DNA from: Gemmata obscuriglobus
Lineage (GTDB): Bacteria > Planctomycetota > Planctomycetia > Gemmatales > Gemmataceae
Length of the DNA: 32,000 bases
Reading direction: 5' to 3'
NCBI RefSeq assembly: GCF_008065095.1
Contig: NZ_CP042911.1
Span: 6,510,001-6,542,000 of the forward strand
Shown: piece by piece, positions 26,291-32,000 of the stretch
Position numbering within the stretch: position 1 is the stretch's first letter
How the letters are laid out: each line of letters starts with the position of its first letter
Notes under the pieces: generated by a model
The model's input: the letters and a program-made list of their open reading frames with translations, nothing else
Databases searched by the model: none
Told to the model about the DNA's origin: nothing
Program-made: the position numbers and the translations under genes

Positions 26291-28612
26291 AGTGCTCCGC
26301 CCGTTACGCCGGTCCACGTTCGCGCTGCTGGCTCTTGCGGCGGCGGCCGTCGAAGTGGCGGCGGTGGACGTTCGCCCGGTCGGCGTCAGCATCGGGATGG
26401 CGCTGGTCTGGGTCGCGCTCGCGGCGGCCCTGGCTCGGGCGATCCCCGTTCCCGCCGACCCGCACCGCAAACTACCACCGTGGGTACTCGCGGTCGTGCT
26501 GATTTTGGCCGCCGCGCCGTTCGCGGTCGAGCCGATGCGACGCGCGTGGACCGGCGACGGGTACCCGCTCGAACTCCAGATGGTGTGCGGGCTGCGGAAC
26601 GTCGGCCTCGGGCTGGCCGCGTGCGGCGGGTGGCTGCTGTGTTTGCGGGCCGCAACCGGTGTGAGCCTGTTTCTGATGCTGTTCAGCGCGGCGATGAGCA
26701 ACCACCCGGCCGTACTGGCCGTCCTGGGGCTGTACGCCGCCGCCGGGAGCGCGTGGCTGGTACTGGCGTACTGGTCCGGGCTGCGCGGCGTGCTGGCGAA
26801 CGCGGAGCGGGTCGTCGCGATCGAGGTCGTGACCGAGCGCGCGCGGCTCCCCTGGGCCGGACTGTTAGTGCTGCTCCTCGTCACCGGCGGCGCGGCGGCA
26901 CTGGCGGCGGGGCCGAAGCGCGCGACCGCCGTGCTCGGCGAACTGATGCCCACGTCCGGCGGAACCGGCGAAACCGACCCGTTCGCGCGGTACGGAACCG
27001 GCGACGGGCCGGAGGAGGTCGCGGGCGCCGACGCGAGGGCCGCAGGGATGGTCGAAACGGACACGCTGATTGAGGACAACAAGAACGCACTCATCGACGC
27101 CGTCAGCGACATGTACGGCGCGCCCCACAAGCCCCCGAAGGAGCAAGAGCGAACGGTCGCGGCCGGGCTGATGGACGTGATCCAGTTCCACGGCAAGTTG
27201 CCCGACAACCGGCGCCCCAGTCGCGACTTTGACACGGGTCGCAAAGGGCCGGCGCGCGACCGCACGCCCGAGAGTCAGTCGGCGCGCGCGCTGTTCGAGG
27301 TCGAGGGCCGTACCCCCCTCCACATCCGGGTGGTCGCGTTCGAACAGTACGACCCGGAGACGCACCGGTGGCGGACCGGCCGGCAGCCGAGCGGCCGGCG
27401 GATCGACGCCGAGGCGGACAACTGGATGCGGGTCGGGCACCTGCGCGGCTCGGCCGACTGGTACGGCCCCGACGAGCGGCACCGGCTCAAGTGCGCCGAC
27501 CTGAAGGACAACCTCGTCCCGACGCCGGCCCTGCTGACCCGGTTCCGCATCAACAAGGTGGACCGCCCCGACTACTACGAATGGGATTACGAGGGCGTGC
27601 TCGCGCTCGCCGGCCGCCGACGAACCCCGCCCGGGGTGGTGATCGCCACCGACAGCCGCACGCTCGCCCCGGCGCGACTGCCGGAGTCCGCATTCGGAAT
27701 CAGCGGCACCGGCGGGGTGCCGACCGGGTTCGGCGAGGTCCCATTGGCCCTGCGCCCGGAGATCGAGCGACTCGCCCGCGCGTGGACCGACGGCCGGCCG
27801 CGCGGGTGGCCGCAGATCGAAGCAGTTCTCACCCGGCTCCGCACCGCCTACACCCACGACCGCGGCGCCGCGGCTCCGAAGGACCACCCGGCTCCAGTGC
27901 TGTGGTTCCTGACCGACGCGCGATACGGCCCGGACTACCTGTTCGCTACCGCAGCAGTATTACTGCTGCGGGCTCTCGACTACCCCGTCCGCCCCTGCCT
28001 CGGGTACTACGCCGCCCCCGACGGGTACGACGCCGAAACCGCACACACGCCGGTGCGCGAAACCGACCTGCACTTCTGGGCCGAGGTGCAACTCCGCGAC
28101 GGGCAATGGCTTGTGCTCGAACCGACGCCCGGTTATGCCGTGCTGGAGCCGGCCCGACCGCTGTGGGACCGGGTACGAACTGCACTGGCCGCGTCCGCCG
28201 AATGGGCCGCGCGGAACGCTTTGGCAGTCGCGGCAGTCCTCTTCGCTACCACGGTAGTCGTGGTCCGCCGTCGGTCGCTCCTCGACGCCGCCGCAGTTCG
28301 GCTGTGGCTCCTGTTCCCGGGGCGGACGTGGCGCGCCCAGGTGGCACGGGCGGTCCGCCTGCTGGAGCGCCGCGCCCGGTGGGCCGGTGCCGCTCGTGCC
28401 CCCGGGCAAACGGTCGCCGCGTGGCTGCGCGGGGCGCGGGGCGGCCGAGCCGGGATCGAACTTTCGGCCCTCGTGCAATTAGCCGAACAGGCGGCCTACG
28501 CGCCGGACGGCTCGCCCCCGCCCGACGCCCTCGCCACCTGTCGCCGTGCGCTCGCCACCTGGACCTACTACCGGTGGCGCTCCGCCGGGGCCGTGCCGAC
28601 CGGAGGAACACC

Positions 28613-28616
<4 letters not shown>
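26280..28616 (+). CDS. TgpA-like polytopic membrane protein with a transglutaminase-fold domain carrying a non-canonical triad.
   Basis: ATG at 26280 with GGAAGGAGG upstream, overlapping the DUF58 gene by 11 nt. The N-terminal quarter (about residues 10-210) has about six hydrophobic helices. The transglutaminase-core pattern is RYGPDYLFATAAVLLLRALDYPVRPCLGYY ... DLHFWAEVQLRDGQWLVLEPTPG. A late TM helix (LAVAAVLFATTVVVV) is followed by a helical tail. Confidence 0.85.
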
Positions 28617-29563
<947 letters not shown>

Positions 29564-29596
29564 TCCGCTCAACGTTACCGCACCAGGGAGCCGGCC

Positions 29597-31153
29597 ATGT
29601 TCGCGAGTCTGTTTTGGGGGTTCCTCCTGCGCCTGGGTCAGGGGGCCGTTGAAGCCTCGCTGACGCTGGTGGTCGGGGTGGTTGTGGCCGGGGTGCTGCG
29701 GCGCATGGTCGGCCCGGCCGGCACGCGCCGGTTGTTCGGCAGTGGGGCGAAGGGGCTGTTCCGCGGGTGGCTCGCCGGGATGCTGTTACCGGTGTGCGCG
29801 CTCGGGGTGATCCCGGTCGCCCGGGAGATGCGCCGGGCCGGGGTGCCGGGCGGTACGGTGCTGGCGTTCGTGCTCGCGGCCCCGCTCCTGAACCCGCTCT
29901 CGTTCCTGTACGGACTGACCCTCGCCGAGCCGGTGGTGATCCTCACGTTCGCCGGCCTGTCGCTGGTCGTCGCCACGTGCGCCGGGTTCCTGTGGGACCG
30001 CGTGTTCGGCCGCGGCGCGAGCGTGACCGAGGCGGAGGAGCTGGCCCGCACCGCCGACGCCGAGCCGCTCCCGGCGGCCGGGCTGCGCCGGGTCGCGGCG
30101 GTGGCGGTCACCGCCGCCAAGGAACTGGCCGGGCGCGACCTCGTGTTCTACGCGGTCGGGCTGCTCGCCTCGGCGCTACTGTCGGCGGCGATCCCGTTCG
30201 GCAGCCTCCAGCACACGATGCACCACACCGACAAATCGTCCCCGCTGCTGATGACCGCGCTGGCGGTACCGCTGTACTCGTCCCCGCTGCCGGGGATGAT
30301 GAAGATCGGCCTCATGTTCGAGCACGGCAACTCGATCGGGGCCGCGTTCGTGCTGTTCACGCTGGGCATCGGAACCAGCGCCGGGACCGTGACGTGGCTG
30401 CTGACGGACTTCGGGGGCCGCCGGGTGCTCCCCTGGCTCGGCGCCTACCTAGCCGTTGTGCTCGCCGTCGCATACGCGACGGAACCGGTCCTGTACGACA
30501 CCCGGAAAGAGGAGGCGGACCACACGCACGCGTTCGACGACTACTCGGCCCCCTTCCCTTCCGGGTCCGGCGGACCGGCCGAGGCGGGCGCGAAGCTGGC
30601 CGAGAAGTTCGGGCCGATGGAGCAGCCGGCCGTGTACGGCTTCGTTGCGCTCCTGGCTGCCGGGGTCGTGCTGCGACGCGCCGACCGGGCGGGGGCACTG
30701 GAGCGGTGGCTCACCGCGCCGCCGCCGAGCCGGGCGCGCACGCGATGGGACGCCAACGTGCCCGGCTCGGTGCTGGGAGCGGTCTCGCTGCTGGGGTTAG
30801 TCGCGTTCAGTGTGGTCGGGGCGTACCTGTACTACCCGGACCGCGAGCAGTGCTTCGAGGAGATGAAGGCCGTTCACGCGGACGCGGTCGTCGCGGCCCG
30901 GACCGGCAAACGGGACGAGGCGATCCGGCAACTGGAGCGGTGGGACTTACTGACCCGCAAGTTGCAGGTCGGCGTGTACATCCGCACGTTGCGGTTGAGC
31001 GACGAGCAGGCGCGATCGGCCGACGACCTCCGGGAACGGCTGGAAGAGGTGCGCGACGCCCTCCTGGCGAACGACGCCACCGTAGCCGAATCCGCGCTCC
31101 CGGCGCTCGAGCGGGCGTACCGCACGTGTCGCACCGCGTTCGCTCCGAATTGA
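29597..31153 (+). CDS. DUF318/ArsP_1-type (COG0701) predicted permease with a C-terminal extension of about 215 aa.
   Basis: ATG at 29597 with AGGGAG upstream. The family-typical segment is GWLAGMLLPVCALGVIPVAREMRRAGVPGGTVLAFVLAAPLLNPLSF. The second permease half is LLMTALAVPLYSSPLPGMMKIGLMFEHGNSIGAAFVLFTLGIGTS. The extension (about 30497..31153) adds two TM helices and a helical soluble tail. Confidence 0.82.
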   Translation: MFASLFWGFLLRLGQGAVEASLTLVVGVVVAGVLRRMVGPAGTRRLFGSGAKGLFRGWLAGMLLPVCALGVIPVAREMRRAGVPGGTVLAFVLAAPLLNPLSFLYGLTLAEPVVILTFAGLSLVVATCAGFLWDRVFGRGASVTEAEELARTADAEPLPAAGLRRVAAVAVTAAKELAGRDLVFYAVGLLASALLSAAIPFGSLQHTMHHTDKSSPLLMTALAVPLYSSPLPGMMKIGLMFEHGNSIGAAFVLFTLGIGTSAGTVTWLLTDFGGRRVLPWLGAYLAVVLAVAYATEPVLYDTRKEEADHTHAFDDYSAPFPSGSGGPAEAGAKLAEKFGPMEQPAVYGFVALLAAGVVLRRADRAGALERWLTAPPPSRARTRWDANVPGSVLGAVSLLGLVAFSVVGAYLYYPDREQCFEEMKAVHADAVVAARTGKRDEAIRQLERWDLLTRKLQVGVYIRTLRLSDEQARSADDLRERLEEVRDALLANDATVAESALPALERAYRTCRTAFAPN

Positions 31154-31285
31154 ACGCCGGTGCGAAGTTGGCGGCTACCGCTCTGCCCGCTGGCAAGTAG
31201 ACTGATCGATCACCCCGTGAACAGTGAGCCGCCCAGAACATAGGTGGTCAAGTACCGCAGCCCCCGCGACGAAAGCAGGTTCAAG

Positions 31286-32000
31286 ATGCTGCCCGTACTT
31301 CTGACCGCAACAATCGTCGCGCCGGCCGCCGATCCGGTAACCACGCCCCCGCTACCGGGCTTTCGCACGAGTGCGTGGTTTGAAGAACGGGTGCGTGAAG
31401 AGTGGGTCACAGAAGGTGTTCGCGCGATCGCAAATGCGCCTGCGAACTTCGACCCGAAGAAACCGACCCAGTTGGTCATCTACGCGACCCCCAACGGCAA
31501 CTCTGTTGAGCAAACGTTCGGCTGCGCGACCGGCCCCGGTCTCGACTGGCACTTCGATATTCAACACGTCGCGGCCCAGGTGCGGAAGCTCCGTGAGGTC
31601 CGCCCCGGCGAGAACATCGTCCTGGTGTGCGTCGAAGCCGACGGGCTGAGTTGGCCCGCCTGGAAGCGCCGCTACAAGGACGGCCCCGACCGGGTTCGCA
31701 AAGTGGTCGATGTGCTGCGCCAGTGGGTTCCCGGCGTAAGTGCGCGCGTGTCGCTGGCCGGGCACAGCGGCGGGGGCAGCTTTCTGTTCGGGCTCCTCGA
31801 CAACGCGGATCGTATCCCGGATTGGGTCGAGCGAATGGTATTCCTCGACGCCAACTACTCCTACAGTGACGCCGATAAGCACGGCGAAAAACTGCTCTCG
31901 TGGCTGAACGGAGACACGTCTCGTCGGCTCGTCGTGATCGCATACGACGACCGGAACATCGAACTCGATGGGAAGAAGGTAATCGGACCGGACGGCGGCA
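31286..32000 (+). CDS. Secreted alpha/beta-hydrolase-like protein. Only the 5' part is present; the gene runs off the right edge.
   Basis: ATG at 31286. The frame stays open for 238 codons to the window end, so it is absent from the track. Translation is MLPVLLTATIVAPAADP...QLVIYATPNGNS...VSLAGHSGGGSFLFGLL...VFLDANYSYSD. GHSGG is a GxSxG nucleophile elbow. Third codon positions are GC-rich. The competing track ORFs 31352..31882(-) and 31476..31943(-) are R/G/P-rich shadow frames. Confidence 0.6.
   Translation, partial: MLPVLLTATIVAPAADPVTTPPLPGFRTSAWFEERVREEWVTEGVRAIANAPANFDPKKPTQLVIYATPNGNSVEQTFGCATGPGLDWHFDIQHVAAQVRKLREVRPGENIVLVCVEADGLSWPAWKRRYKDGPDRVRKVVDVLRQWVPGVSARVSLAGHSGGGSFLFGLLDNADRIPDWVERMVFLDANYSYSDADKHGEKLLSWLNGDTSRRLVVIAYDDRNIELDGKKVIGPDGG

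Noticed and set aside
24296-27265. 989-aa - strand ORF, plus 25071..25895(-) and 26865..27887(-), opposite the GTPase, DUF58 and TgpA-like genes.
   Set aside because: These are antisense shadow ORFs (Ser/Ala/Arg/Pro-rich). The + strand genes carry P-loop, CxCC, DUF58 and transglutaminase-core signatures and SD-preceded coupled starts.

Overview
High-GC window of planctomycete type, probably Gemmataceae-like. This origin is inferred from four DUF1559 / pilin-like paralogues and a small Gemmata-type paralogous secreted protein. All family calls come from motif recognition by eye on the translations; no HMM or BLAST search was run.

I support 23 protein-coding genes, two of them partial at the window edges and three absent from the ORF track. 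I found no rRNA, tRNA, CRISPR array, transposase or integrase.

Gene content, left to right:
- Two DUF1559 genes with a 55-aa mini-lipoprotein gene between them.
- A DapA-family aldolase gene divergent from a PAS-AraC regulator gene.
- pckG (GTP-dependent PEP carboxykinase).
- A DUF1559 variant that carries a Sec signal peptide.
- glgB.
- A second DUF1559 plus mini-lipoprotein pair.
- sdhC-sdhA, with no sdhB following.
- Convergent giant secreted peptidases: a tricorn-like S41 and a DPP-IV-like S9 that carries insertions.
- A small lipocalin-like secreted protein.
- A tightly packed + strand cluster at 21.6-31.2 kb.
- The 5' part of an alpha/beta-hydrolase-like gene.

The 21.6-31.2 kb cluster is the most interesting part. 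It encodes, in order:
- a His-rich secreted beta-propeller;
- an orphan 239-aa protein;
- a COG0523 (CobW/G3E) GTPase;
- a DUF58 protein;
- a TgpA-like transglutaminase-fold membrane protein whose Cys-His-Asp triad reads Asp-His-Glu;
- a MoxR AAA+ ATPase;
- a DUF318/ArsP-type permease with a C-terminal extension.

Four ATGA/GTGA or longer start-stop overlaps link the middle genes. I propose this cluster as a candidate undescribed envelope metal-trafficking or metallocentre-assembly system.

Several strong intergenic structures are also reported:
- a 45-bp perfect inverted repeat;
- a 19-bp hairpin;
- a 16-bp hairpin;
- an AAGTCG hexamer palindrome;
- tandem GC hairpins.

The many long R/P/G/A-rich antisense ORFs in the track are treated as high-GC shadow ORFs.
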